The position numbers were made by a program, and so were the translations under genes. Shown here one piece after another: positions 50,805 through 60,385 of a DNA stretch of 64,000 nucleotides; position 1 is the stretch's first letter, and each line of letters opens with the position of its first letter. The notes under the pieces are model-generated. The model was not told the origin of the DNA. It saw only the letters and a list, made by a program, of their open reading frames with translations, and did not search any database. The DNA is from Candidatus Bathyarchaeota archaeon (GTDB taxonomy: Archaea; Thermoproteota; Bathyarchaeia; Bathyarchaeales; Bathycorpusculaceae): positions 32,001 to 96,000 of the forward strand of contig CAVTBV010000013.1 in assembly GCA_963733095.1 (NCBI GenBank), in the 5' to 3' direction.

Positions 50805-51524
50805 TTGAAGGAAGTTGAAGAGTTGGACAGGTTGTTCTTTGAGTTTGCGAGCGAAAGCAGGCTCAGTATACTCCGCATATTGCAGACTGAGAATTTAAAA
50901 ATGCAGGAAGTTGCTCGTCGACTAGACTTGACAGCGACGGAGGCTTTCAGACAGCTAGAAAGGCTCAGTGTCGCGATTCTGGTGCAAAGGCAACCCGATG
51001 GCTCTTACGCTCTAACACCATCCGGCAGACTCGAGCTGCACCTTGCCTCTTCGATGGGCTTCATTCTTAGCCACAAGCAGTACTTTTTAACCCATGACAT
51101 CTGGGAACTTCCCATGCAATTCGTAAATCGCATTGGCGAGCTCTCGCAAGCAATGCTGAAGATGGGCCTCATAGAAAGTACGTTTAAGTCTTCCCAGCTA
51201 ATTGGAGAAGCCAAGCACTATATGTGGGCCGTTTCACCTGAACTGCTACCCCAAACTTTTGAGGCGATAGCAAAACAAATCCCCAAAGGCGTACAATACA
51301 GAATCCTTTCTCCTCAGTCACCTGTGAAACTGCCGAATCTGGAAAACCGGACTCTGATTGACTGCCCAGCAATCTTTGCAATCACCGAAAATGAGGCCGC
51401 CTTGTGTTTCCGGTTTCTTGACGGAAGAGTGGATTATGCAGGCTTCATTGGGAATGACGATACCTTCCTCAGATGGGTCACAGACCTATTTCTTTACTAC
51501 TGGGATAAGGGAAAACGAGCGTGA
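50805..51524 (+). CDS. Winged-HTH regulator (COG4742/DUF1724-like), module 2
   Basis: Paralog of 41994-42764 (FE.AS..R, KMQ....LD.T.TE.FR.L.RL, FVNR.GEL, DLF.YYW). Confidence 0.82.
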   Translation: MKEVEELDRLFFEFASESRLSILRILQTENLKMQEVARRLDLTATEAFRQLERLSVAILVQRQPDGSYALTPSGRLELHLASSMGFILSHKQYFLTHDIWELPMQFVNRIGELSQAMLKMGLIESTFKSSQLIGEAKHYMWAVSPELLPQTFEAIAKQIPKGVQYRILSPQSPVKLPNLENRTLIDCPAIFAITENEAALCFRFLDGRVDYAGFIGNDDTFLRWVTDLFLYYWDKGKRA

Positions 51525-51881
51525 CGCAGCCCCAATTATTTCCAGCGTTATTTTGGGCTCATTTTCGTCCTTGGCGCGCTACTTTACCCCGATATTAAGT
51601 TTGAAGAATGTTGGTGATATCGCCTTATCTGGTCTTCCGAGGTTTTAAGATGCTTCTCCGTTTAAAATCAACTAACTCTATTCCCACTTGCCATTTGTTT
51701 GTTTAAACTGCATCTGAACCACACGGCAATCCTCGCACCAAAACATGCGCATCTTCGAGACAGGACTATAATGAGTGTCTTTGGTGTATCCTCTGGGTCG
51801 ATAAACTAGTTGGTTCGATTAAAGTTTGGGTCCCCCAATCAAAAGCGCGTGCCGTAACCGTAACTCACATCTGGATTTCTA

Positions 51882-52761
51882 TTAGAGATTTGAGAAAATT
51901 CCAATGAAGATGGGTATGTCGGTTCCTGCGTGCAATAGAATTGGTCCGATTATGCTGTCTGTTCTCCGCATAACATAACCTAACACCAAACCGAGAAGAA
52001 ACGTAGCGACAACAAGAACTGAAATGTATTGTGTGTACTGTGTTATGCCAATTCCAGCTACCGAGTGGCTGAGGGAAAAAATCAGCGCTTGCAAAAGGAT
52101 GGATAGACCGTTTCCCAGCAAACCCTCGAATTTTCTCAAGAAGAGACCAACGATACAACAGTTCCTCTCTCAATCCGTTAGCTAAAACAATTGGTAGTAT
52201 CCAAGGCATCCAGGAAACCAATTTTGATATCGTGAGGTTTTGACCCTCAAATAGATAATTGGCTCCTGGAATGGATAATGCAACAAACACAAGGAAACCT
52301 GCCAATCCAACGAGAACTCCAAGTCTTATTTTTCCCTTCGATAAAAAGACAGAGTACATGCTGCCACCGGAGAATCTCGTTAATACAATTATTGAGGTAA
52401 CTACTAGTGCAGTGCTTGATAGCATGGCTAAGACTATTCCATTCATTGTGGTGGTTTCAAAACCTAACCAGCCGCTAATTGCTTGCAAATTCAGTGCGAA
52501 AGAGGCGATGAAAAAAGCTATCGCGATTTGCCAATATTTCTTGAAACGCTTGTTTCTATAGAAAAATACTGCCAATGTTAGAAAGAAAAATGAGAGGATA
52601 ATTAAGTAAATTTGCCATAGACTATTTGGTATCAATGAGAAAGGAAAAATCAACAAACCAGACAGTGCCGGAAGACTTAGACCAAATACTAAGAAGATCA
52701 CGAACAACTCGACTCGGTACGCTGAAATGTGAATGGTTCCCATTGGTTTACCCGTCAACAA
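51882..52761 (-). pseudogene. CPBP/CAAX intramembrane protease with 1-nt frameshift
   Basis: EELLYR, then an extra T at about 52149-52150; GLFLRK..IFSLSH..S..G.ILLHAG.D continues in another frame. Confidence 0.8.
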
Positions 52762-53023
52762 TAACTTCTAAGATTGCATATAAAATTAACCACCTTAGTG
52801 TAAAGGCTTGAATCGGTCCCAATTGGAGATTTTTCTTGAATGCTTGCTTATTGTTTTTTGGTATTATTCGTTTTTCTTTTCAGTGCTTATTCGCACGTTT
52901 CTGGTCTCACACCACGAATGGTGCAAGTCTCTGCGCGGAGCTCAGCCCCAAAACTTGGAACAGATTTGAGTTGGAGTGGCTTCAAACAATAGACCGTAGG
53001 GTATAGTGCATTTTTTCCTATCG

Positions 53024-53146
53024 CAATTTGAGCTTAATTATTAAAAAGAGGTTCATAAATAGGTTGAATTTGGTAATGGCGCGGGATGTTAGATTTACAC
53101 CCACGTTTAAATTCCACACGAAAAAATAAAAAGACGGTTAGGAGAA
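53024..53146 (-). repeat. tRNA-derived att-like site carrying both shared flanks
   Basis: 53077-53105 matches tRNA 62365-62393 at 24/29; left flank like 43971, right flank like 41771. Confidence 0.78.
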
Positions 53147-53148
53147 GG

Positions 53149-53550
53149 CTAACCTTCCTGTTTAGGCCACTTCCATGCATGCCAAACAATTAGTGCAATA
53201 AACACAACTTCTAAAATCTCATAAAATGAATAATAAGCCCAAGTCTCTCCTGGGACAAGCAGTGCAGGGACCAAAACACCAGCATAGACTATACCTACAA
53301 TGATGTTTACCCAGCGATTCACTTTAGCCGGCAATGCCAGGGACAAGAAAATCATAAAAATCGGAATCGCCATTAATATTGCAGCTAAAAACAAGGATAC
53401 TTGATTAAGTGCGATTTCTCCTGATAGTACTTTCTCCACTATATCTTGCCTATAGAATCCGAAAACATCGTTATACAAATAAAAAAACATTAAAGCTACC
53501 CATAATGCTGAAAGCTTAATCTTCACATTTATCTTCACATCTTCTAACAT
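53149..53550 (-). CDS. DUF6326-like 4-TM membrane protein
   Basis: KI.VK.KLSALW...MF.YLY.D, LPAK.NRW.NI, IVW.AWKWP. Confidence 0.7.
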   Translation of the reverse strand: MLEDVKINVKIKLSALWVALMFFYLYNDVFGFYRQDIVEKVLSGEIALNQVSLFLAAILMAIPIFMIFLSLALPAKVNRWVNIIVGIVYAGVLVPALLVPGETWAYYSFYEILEVVFIALIVWHAWKWPKQEG

Positions 53551-53818
53551 AGGCTTCTCTCTCTCCTCATTCGAGTATTTAGGGCATTACCTGTTGATTT
53601 GGATTTAACACTATTGGTCAAATACACTAAGAAAGGAAAGAAACTCTTCCTATAAAATGTCAAGAAACTTAAGTGCTCTCTAGCAGTCCTTACGGTATAG
53701 TTCATCAATTGGTTAAATTGGAAGAAAGCAAGGCCAGCACAATACCAAACATGGCAGACTCAACTCAATAGGGACGGCATTAAAGAAAACCGTTTTTATG
53801 TTCATTAGAGTAGCAATT

Positions 53819-54790
53819 TTACTCCACAGCTATTACTATTTTTCCTCGTTGTTTTCCTTCCTCGAGATACCGTAGAGCCTCAGCAGTCTCACTCAACGAA
53901 TAACATCTATCTATAACAGGCACCACATTGCCGGATTCAATAAGCTCTTTTACAAAAACCAAATCTTCTCTTTTGTTTGGTTCCATAGGAATACCCATTT
54001 TCTTGCTTCCAGTCATTGAAATCAACGGACCTATGAACAAAGCTTGGAAAATTGCAGTCCTAGAACCTCCGACTATAAGATAAATGCCCTTGGAACTCAA
54101 AGCACACTTGTAATCGAAAATAGAGTGATGTGCCGCAACATCAAGAATCAGGTCATATGTCTGCCCATTTTTGGTGAAATCTTCTTTAGTGTAATCAATG
54201 ACGTGGTCTGCACCAATTGAGCGCAGCATGTCCAATTTATCCGTGCTATCCACGCCAGTCACCTCAGCCCCAAAGTACTTGGCAATCTGCACCGCGAATG
54301 TACCTATACCACCGCCTGCACCATTAATCAAAACTTTTTGTCCTTGCTCAATTTTTCTTTTAGCACGAAGATACTTCATGGCGATAGCGGCTCTTGAGGT
54401 TACGGTCGCTGCTTCTGCAAATTTCATGCTGACTGGTTTTAGTACTAAAGCATCTTCAGGTGCACATACATACTCTGCAAAAGCGCCAAAACCATAGTTG
54501 GTTAAGTCTCCGAATACGTCATCACCTGGCTGAAACTGCTGTATGTTTCTGCCAACCGCTTCAACCCGCCCCGCTATGTCAGAACCGAGTATCTTGTATT
54601 TTGGTCTTAAAGGCCCAATTAAGCGGACAGCGATCGTACCTCTCAGGTGTTCTAAGTCATCTACGTTTACAGATGCTGCATATACTTTTACCAGCACTTC
54701 GTTGTCCATTGGAATGGTTTTTTCTACCTCTTTGAGCTGGAGAACATCTGGTGATCCGTATTTAGTGCGTATAATTGCTTTCATTTTCAC
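53819..54790 (-). CDS. NAD(P)-dependent MDR-family oxidoreductase
   Basis: KYGSPDVL, LGSDIAG.VEAVG, NGAGGGIGTFAVQIAK, GAD.VIDY, GK.V. Confidence 0.9.
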   Translation of the reverse strand: MKMKAIIRTKYGSPDVLQLKEVEKTIPMDNEVLVKVYAASVNVDDLEHLRGTIAVRLIGPLRPKYKILGSDIAGRVEAVGRNIQQFQPGDDVFGDLTNYGFGAFAEYVCAPEDALVLKPVSMKFAEAATVTSRAAIAMKYLRAKRKIEQGQKVLINGAGGGIGTFAVQIAKYFGAEVTGVDSTDKLDMLRSIGADHVIDYTKEDFTKNGQTYDLILDVAAHHSIFDYKCALSSKGIYLIVGGSRTAIFQALFIGPLISMTGSKKMGIPMEPNKREDLVFVKELIESGNVVPVIDRCYSLSETAEALRYLEEGKQRGKIVIAVE

Positions 54791-55129
54791 ACATGCTAAT
54801 CACTTTTAACGTATATAAGAGCGCTCGCTAACCAGACCAAAATTATGCTTGTCCGTACAGCTTTTTGTATAGATAGCCAACAACTATTCCTGGGAAGAGA
54901 AACCTTGGAATGTTCATTACTGTGTCGACCAAAAGTAGACATAGGTATTGCTTAGATTGCCAAAAGTTGAAAGGACTTCGATGATGACTAAGGCAACAAA
55001 GCTAAGGATCAAGGCTTATAGAATTGGGCTGAAAAATTCAGAAATTTGCAAGCACAATGATTTTTATCTTTTTCCTGAGCCCTTTTTTGGTAAATAACAA
55101 AAAATTAAGCTCTGTTTGGCAAAAGGAGC

Positions 55130-56017
55130 GTGGCGCGGGATGTGGGAATTGAACATACTGCTCCTGAGTTTATGGTCTATCTTAAACAGAATATTAGGGA
55201 AGTTACTGCTAAAACATACGTTAAACGGCTAGGACTTCTTAGTAAGGTAGCTAATCTGGATGATGCTGAGAAGACTAAAAATGTGATTTGTAGTTATCCA
55301 TGTACCGAATCGTTTAAGGAATTAATGGCTAGTGCATATGATTACTATGTTCGTTACAAAGGTCTAACTTGGAATAAACCCAGATTCACAAGAGATGATA
55401 AACCATTCTTTATTCCGTTAGAAACTGAGATAGACCAACTAATCAGTAAATCTAGAAAGAAGATGTCTGTGTTTCTACAGTTGCTTAAGGAGACTGGTGC
55501 CGATTCTGGTGAAGCATGGAAACTAAGATGGCTTGATGTTAACCTTGAAAATAAAACTGTTGCTATCACACCTACAAAGAATCATAATTCTAGGGTATTG
55601 CCGATTTCTAATAATTTGCTGTCTAGAATGCTAAGTTTGCAACGTGAGAATGAAAGAGTATTTGGTTGTAATGCTCATACGCTCGATGATTTCAGACGTA
55701 GATTTGAAGACATGAAGAATGCGCTTAGTATAAAACTAGAGAATCCCAGATTAAAGGAGATAGCATTCCGTTCATTTAGGCATTGGAAAGCAACAACTGA
55801 GTACCATAAAACAAAGGATATTTTGCATGTTAAATGGTTGCTGGGTCATAAACGGATTGAGAACACGTTAGTCTATACGCATCTAGTAAACTTTGATAGT
55901 GATGAATACGTCTGTAAGGTTGCTAAGACTCTTGATGAGGCTTCTGTTCTGATTGAATCTGGATTTGAATATGTTACGGAGATGAATAGTGTTAAATTGT
56001 TCAAAAAACGCAAATAG
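55130..56017 (+). CDS. Tyrosine integrase, int(C) portion
   Basis: Begins within att (VARDVGIE); ETG..GEA..L.W.DV, F.SFRHWKAT, LLGH..IENT.VY. Confidence 0.9.
   Translation: MARDVGIEHTAPEFMVYLKQNIREVTAKTYVKRLGLLSKVANLDDAEKTKNVICSYPCTESFKELMASAYDYYVRYKGLTWNKPRFTRDDKPFFIPLETEIDQLISKSRKKMSVFLQLLKETGADSGEAWKLRWLDVNLENKTVAITPTKNHNSRVLPISNNLLSRMLSLQRENERVFGCNAHTLDDFRRRFEDMKNALSIKLENPRLKEIAFRSFRHWKATTEYHKTKDILHVKWLLGHKRIENTLVYTHLVNFDSDEYVCKVAKTLDEASVLIESGFEYVTEMNSVKLFKKRK
55131..55154 (-). repeat. att site (duplicate of tRNA-Ser 3' end)
   Basis: TGGCGCGGGATGTGGGAATTGAAC identical to 62365-62388. Confidence 0.95.
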
Positions 56018-56108
56018 TTAATTTAAATAGTAGCTTCCAACAAATGCTTTCTTGTCTGGCGAAATTAGTTTGGCTGTTAGACCAATAAAAAAATAACGGA
56101 CTAGGCAA

Positions 56109-56684
56109 ATGAGCGACATAAACAATAATTGGAGATTTACTCGAACACCAGTAGCCCCAGACAAACTAAAACAACTAAAGCAACAATCAAAAGCAAAAAC
56201 TATTGAGTTTTTAATATCTCAAGTACCACAGGGAATTGAACTTTGCAAACAAAATATTGCAGATTTTATAAATGATGCGAGAATCATAAATGAGAAAGGC
56301 AGACTTTGTCACGCATATGTATCTTTCGAGTTTGCTCTTGAAGAATTTGGGAAAATAATGATGTTAAAAGAAGCACTAATTAATTCGGTAGTCAACGATA
56401 AAATTGTTGTAAGTAAAGACTTTTTTAAACACAATAGAAAGTGTGAGAAAGCGATTGAAAAATTGGGTGCTGAGTTCAAATCTGTGTATGATATGAATTG
56501 GTTTCTAAGAGAAACGCTCGGACTATATCCTTTATGGTATGGCACTAAAACCAGCCACGAGACAAGAACAGACTGTGCTTTTGTAAATTATAGAAACGAT
56601 GAATTTGTAATTGGAAGACCAATTGACTCCGTGAAATTTATTAAACTCATAAATCAATTAGAAGAAAAAACAATGTTGGAATAA
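56109..56684 (+). CDS. AbiV-like (HEPN) abortive infection protein
   Basis: N...F..DA..., FALEEFGK, F..H..K, R..C.FV. Confidence 0.7.
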   Translation: MSDINNNWRFTRTPVAPDKLKQLKQQSKAKTIEFLISQVPQGIELCKQNIADFINDARIINEKGRLCHAYVSFEFALEEFGKIMMLKEALINSVVNDKIVVSKDFFKHNRKCEKAIEKLGAEFKSVYDMNWFLRETLGLYPLWYGTKTSHETRTDCAFVNYRNDEFVIGRPIDSVKFIKLINQLEEKTMLE

Positions 56685-56836
56685 TTTACTGCAAGGACGA
56701 ATTCCCGTAAATGTTTTCATAAGACACTACTGGAGTCCTAAGTTAGTTGAGTTGCGAGACAGAATCCTTAAGGCATTAGAGCTTTTAGATAAAGAACGAC
56801 AGCAACCATTAGTAACAAGATGACGTATTCTGGAAA

Positions 56837-57349
56837 CTAAGTAAACGTAAATCGATTTGATGACTTATGTTCTTCCTGTTTTTTTGTTATTTGTTTAAAT
56901 TCGTTTTGTAATGGTATATAAACTGTTGTTATCGAAACTATTCCAACATAAAAGAATGCGGCAGAAGCTACCATGAAAATACCCACTATATAATAGCCTC
57001 CTGTATTGTCGGGATTTTGAACAGTTAACCAAAGAGCATCAATTACTACCGAACCTAAATAAAGTACAAAAGTAATTATAACTCCAAAGAACAGACGTAC
57101 AGGCATTTTTTTCAAGTAATTTATGTCTTTACGCAATTTGGTAAGTTGCTTCATTTCTTTATTATTGGAAACAGGTGTAATATTACTTTTGACTTCTTCA
57201 AATTTCGCTAACTTATCGTTTAACTCCGTATTTAATTCTTCAAAAACTCGATGAAACATTGGTATAATCAGCGCGTATGCAGCAAGAACCAATCCAGCTC
57301 CAGTTATACTCGCTTCCATGAAACCAATAACAATGGATGAGTCTATCAA
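56837..57349 (-). CDS. Membrane protein (TM-coiled coil-2TM), unknown function
   Basis: Three hydrophobic segments around a helical linker. Confidence 0.6.
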   Translation of the reverse strand: MIDSSIVIGFMEASITGAGLVLAAYALIIPMFHRVFEELNTELNDKLAKFEEVKSNITPVSNNKEMKQLTKLRKDINYLKKMPVRLFFGVIITFVLYLGSVVIDALWLTVQNPDNTGGYYIVGIFMVASAAFFYVGIVSITTVYIPLQNEFKQITKKQEEHKSSNRFTFT

Positions 57350-58448
57350 ATTCTCGTCCCTACACCATTATATTTCAATGATGCTCGCATTTAAGACTTC
57401 TCACTAACAGAACATACGAGTTAGAATTTCATAAACTATCCCTTACTAACGCCATAACCCAATACTCAATAACCGTATATACAACTACAGATGCCCATCT
57501 GACTGTATCGACACCTTCTAGTCGATTATGTTTATTCACTAAGATGTCAATTTTATTTCTCTCATTCATATATTTGTTTATTTGTGTTATTTCATTACAA
57601 AGATTTCTTGTCTAGATTCCAACTGCATTTGCTCTATCGTCACATAATAGCATTTATATTATAGATTTGCTTATCTTTACATGCTACAAGGGTGTTACGG
57701 AAATCGTTTTACTCATGGAGTAGTCGGTTTAAAAACCTATTACAGAAGCGTCTGTACCTCAATGAGGCTAAGTGTGGATTAATGGCTAGTTCCCCTAGGC
57801 ATAGGCTTCAGGATATTAAGAACTAGTAAACAAGCAGATTAGTAAAACCGCTAGTGAAATTGCTATTAGGATAAACTATGTCTCTAGTGATGTATTATTT
57901 CTCTATTGATATAGTATGTCTTTAGTGTGTCTAAGTATATGCATTTATCCAAACCGTTCATCTAGCTTGGTTATCTGTCTGTTTTAGTTACCGACTTATT
58001 TTTATTAAACGGATTTTTGTAGTTAAATTGGGAAAATGATGTGGGAAGCATCTTTCGTTGTGTGAAATCTTGGTTAAAAGTTGAGTGTGGGTAAAATCTC
58101 TATGAAAGGTTGTTTTTGTAATTGTTATAAGAAAAAGAATAACTGTTGGAGAGATAAAAACCATTGCTACATGGATGAAACGAAACAAATCTCTAACAGG
58201 CATATTTAGTTGATGTAAGAGTGGTGAATTATTTAAGGGTTAGTGGTGAGTTGGTATAGATGCAAAGAAATCTCTAATTGTTGGTGTATTAGTTGGAATG
58301 TATTTTGTTGGAAATCTTTAGATGTGGGAAGTATAATTTTAGTGTAGATGAACATCTGGTAAATTAATCGATGAAGTGATTATAGGTCTATTTAGGTACA
58401 TATATTAGGGGGCATTTAGTAGTGTTTAAGTATGGGGGATAAGATGAT

Positions 58449-58811
58449 ATGAGTGAAATTGGGGATAATTATATAGCAGTTATTAATTCAGAAATAAAAG
58501 CTGGATTGTTAAAGTGTGATAAGTTGCAAACTATTGTAAAAGATGCTTTAGGAGAAGATGACTACCAAACGGCACGGCGGGCTGGGAATGAATTCCGAAT
58601 GGAAATTGCAGTTATAATGCAGAAGAATGATGAGCAGATGGTTGAGGTACTTAAAAGACAACGTGTAGATGCATTTGGTGGGTATATGCCAACAACGCTC
58701 TCAGGTGGGTCAAAAAACAGAGATGTTACAAAAAGTGATGATGAAAGTGAAATTATCAGCAGAATATTAAGAGGAGAAATCAAAAGTGTTAGAACGGCTA
58801 TGGAATCGTAA
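58449..58811 (+). CDS. Element hypothetical protein
   Basis: 120-aa ORF, first of a co-oriented cluster. Confidence 0.6.
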   Translation: MSEIGDNYIAVINSEIKAGLLKCDKLQTIVKDALGEDDYQTARRAGNEFRMEIAVIMQKNDEQMVEVLKRQRVDAFGGYMPTTLSGGSKNRDVTKSDDESEIISRILRGEIKSVRTAMES

Positions 58812-58845
58812 AAAAACGGGTAAAAAGGCAGTTGAGGTTACAGAA

Positions 58846-59016
58846 ATGCAAACAGCAATTCCTAAAGTGAATAGAGGCTGTGTTCGTTGTAGATATGCGA
58901 TTATAAAAGATGGTTGGCACGTTGAGTTAAACCGATGCCTTTCGAGGGGTTTGGTATTAGGCAAAGATATAACGAAAGAGGATGGCTGTGAGAAATTCAG
59001 TCCTTTGGAGGGTTAA
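58846..59016 (+). CDS. Small Cys4 (Zn-finger) protein
   Basis: CVRC...C...C; GAGG upstream of ATG 58846. Confidence 0.5.
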   Translation: MQTAIPKVNRGCVRCRYAIIKDGWHVELNRCLSRGLVLGKDITKEDGCEKFSPLEG

Positions 59017-59018
59017 AA

Positions 59019-59201
59019 TTGCCGAGGCGTATGGGGATTTATCCAAGAAAACCAATAAGCATAACTTTAGACGTTGAAACGATAGCAATGTTGCAAGCGG
59101 TTAAAACCGTAATGGGTATGAGTTCTTTGAGTTCTACGATTGAGGACTTATGTATTATTGGAATCAAGAATTCAAAATTTCCGCAAGGGAGTAGAGATTA
59201 A
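59019..59201 (+). CDS. Ribbon-helix-helix DNA-binding protein
   Basis: RKPISITLD.E....L......SLS..IE; GGAGG SD. Confidence 0.65.
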   Translation: MPRRMGIYPRKPISITLDVETIAMLQAVKTVMGMSSLSSTIEDLCIIGIKNSKFPQGSRD

Positions 59202-59202
59202 A

Positions 59203-59712
59203 ATGAGCGGAAACTTAATCGTAAAAGATTCATGCATAGAATGTAAACACGTTTCAGAAAAAATAGAGTTTGGTTACTGTGACTGTGACACTAACGATTA
59301 TTCAAAAGGAGAAAAATCGCAAGCCGAAATATCTTGGCTAAGACGACACGGCAAACTGTCAGAAATTAAAAAACCGTTAAGCTATACGATTGCTTCGGTT
59401 GAACAACCCTTAGAAAACGTAATTTCTGCAATGCAGAGGCTATCTGACGAAAGCGCTAGACTACACGGAATCACAAAATCGCTCAGTGATGACTTACAGA
59501 GAAAAAATCGTAAGAGAAAACTTAGATATACAAAATTGAAATTGGAAGTCTCAGTTTCTAAAAGGCTAGAAAAATCAAAGACGCAATTAGAAAAGGGTAA
59601 AAATGAGGTGCTGAAGAAAAGTGACAACTTTGTGGTTTTGGGTGCGCTTAATGGCATGAAAGGCGTTGAAATTACTGGATGGATTGAAAAGAAATTAGTG
59701 GATGGTAACTAA
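59203..59712 (+). CDS. Cys-motif plus coiled-coil hypothetical protein
   Basis: CIEC..CDC, basic coiled coil. Confidence 0.55.
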   Translation: MSGNLIVKDSCIECKHVSEKIEFGYCDCDTNDYSKGEKSQAEISWLRRHGKLSEIKKPLSYTIASVEQPLENVISAMQRLSDESARLHGITKSLSDDLQRKNRKRKLRYTKLKLEVSVSKRLEKSKTQLEKGKNEVLKKSDNFVVLGALNGMKGVEITGWIEKKLVDGN

Positions 59713-60112
59713 AATGGTTGGTAAGACAGAGAAGTTTATTTTAACTAGTGGGTTGCAGACTGTAGCGTCTGGGTTAGCAACTGCTTTTAGTGTCGATGGT
59801 ACGGGTAAGCTAAGGCATCTTAACATATTGAATGATGGTACGTCTGGTACAGTAACAGTTTGTATTTATTCTGATTCTGGGTTAGTAGTGACTTATGGCA
59901 CAGCTACGCTTGGTTCTGGTGGTTTCGTTCCTGATGTGGATATTATTGGGAGTGCATTGCAGGGGTCTGGTGCGGTTTTAGTTTCAGGTTCTCCAACATT
60001 GAATCAAGAAATAAGTTTCGTGACTAATTTGACAGTGCAGTATTTTAAAACTAGTGGTACAGTGACTTTGACGGGAATAGCGGACATTAACAAAAACATC
60101 ATTCAAACTTGA
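59702..60112 (+). CDS. Beta-rich Gly/Thr/Ser protein, possible virion structural protein
   Basis: Alternating-hydrophobic beta strands, few charged residues, no TM. Confidence 0.5.
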   Translation: MVTKMVGKTEKFILTSGLQTVASGLATAFSVDGTGKLRHLNILNDGTSGTVTVCIYSDSGLVVTYGTATLGSGGFVPDVDIIGSALQGSGAVLVSGSPTLNQEISFVTNLTVQYFKTSGTVTLTGIADINKNIIQT

Positions 60113-60136
60113 GCGAAATGAAGGAAGTAAATCTCT

Positions 60137-60385
60137 ATGGTAGTTTCACTCGGAATTTTACATAATAAAGTGAGACCTCGAAAGGCATGGGGTAGTCAAG
60201 ATTCCGTAAAATGCAGTGGATGCGGTAGGGTGCTTTTGACGAATGAACAGGTTTATCGTATTGGTAAACTCAGACAATCGTATGTTTATAGAGGATTTAA
60301 AATTGATTCAAAACAAGGATACCGCCTTAGATATTTTGGGGATTGTTGCATTAATCAAGTTTATGTTGATGGAGATGAAAAGTAA
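60137..60385 (+). CDS. Small Zn-finger-like protein
   Basis: CSGCG ... GDCC. Confidence 0.5.
   Translation: MVVSLGILHNKVRPRKAWGSQDSVKCSGCGRVLLTNEQVYRIGKLRQSYVYRGFKIDSKQGYRLRYFGDCCINQVYVDGDEK

Noticed and set aside
51670-51820. Minus-strand fragment ..YRPRGYTKDTHYSPVSKMRMFWCEDC..
   Set aside because: No start codon in frame; at most a decayed small gene
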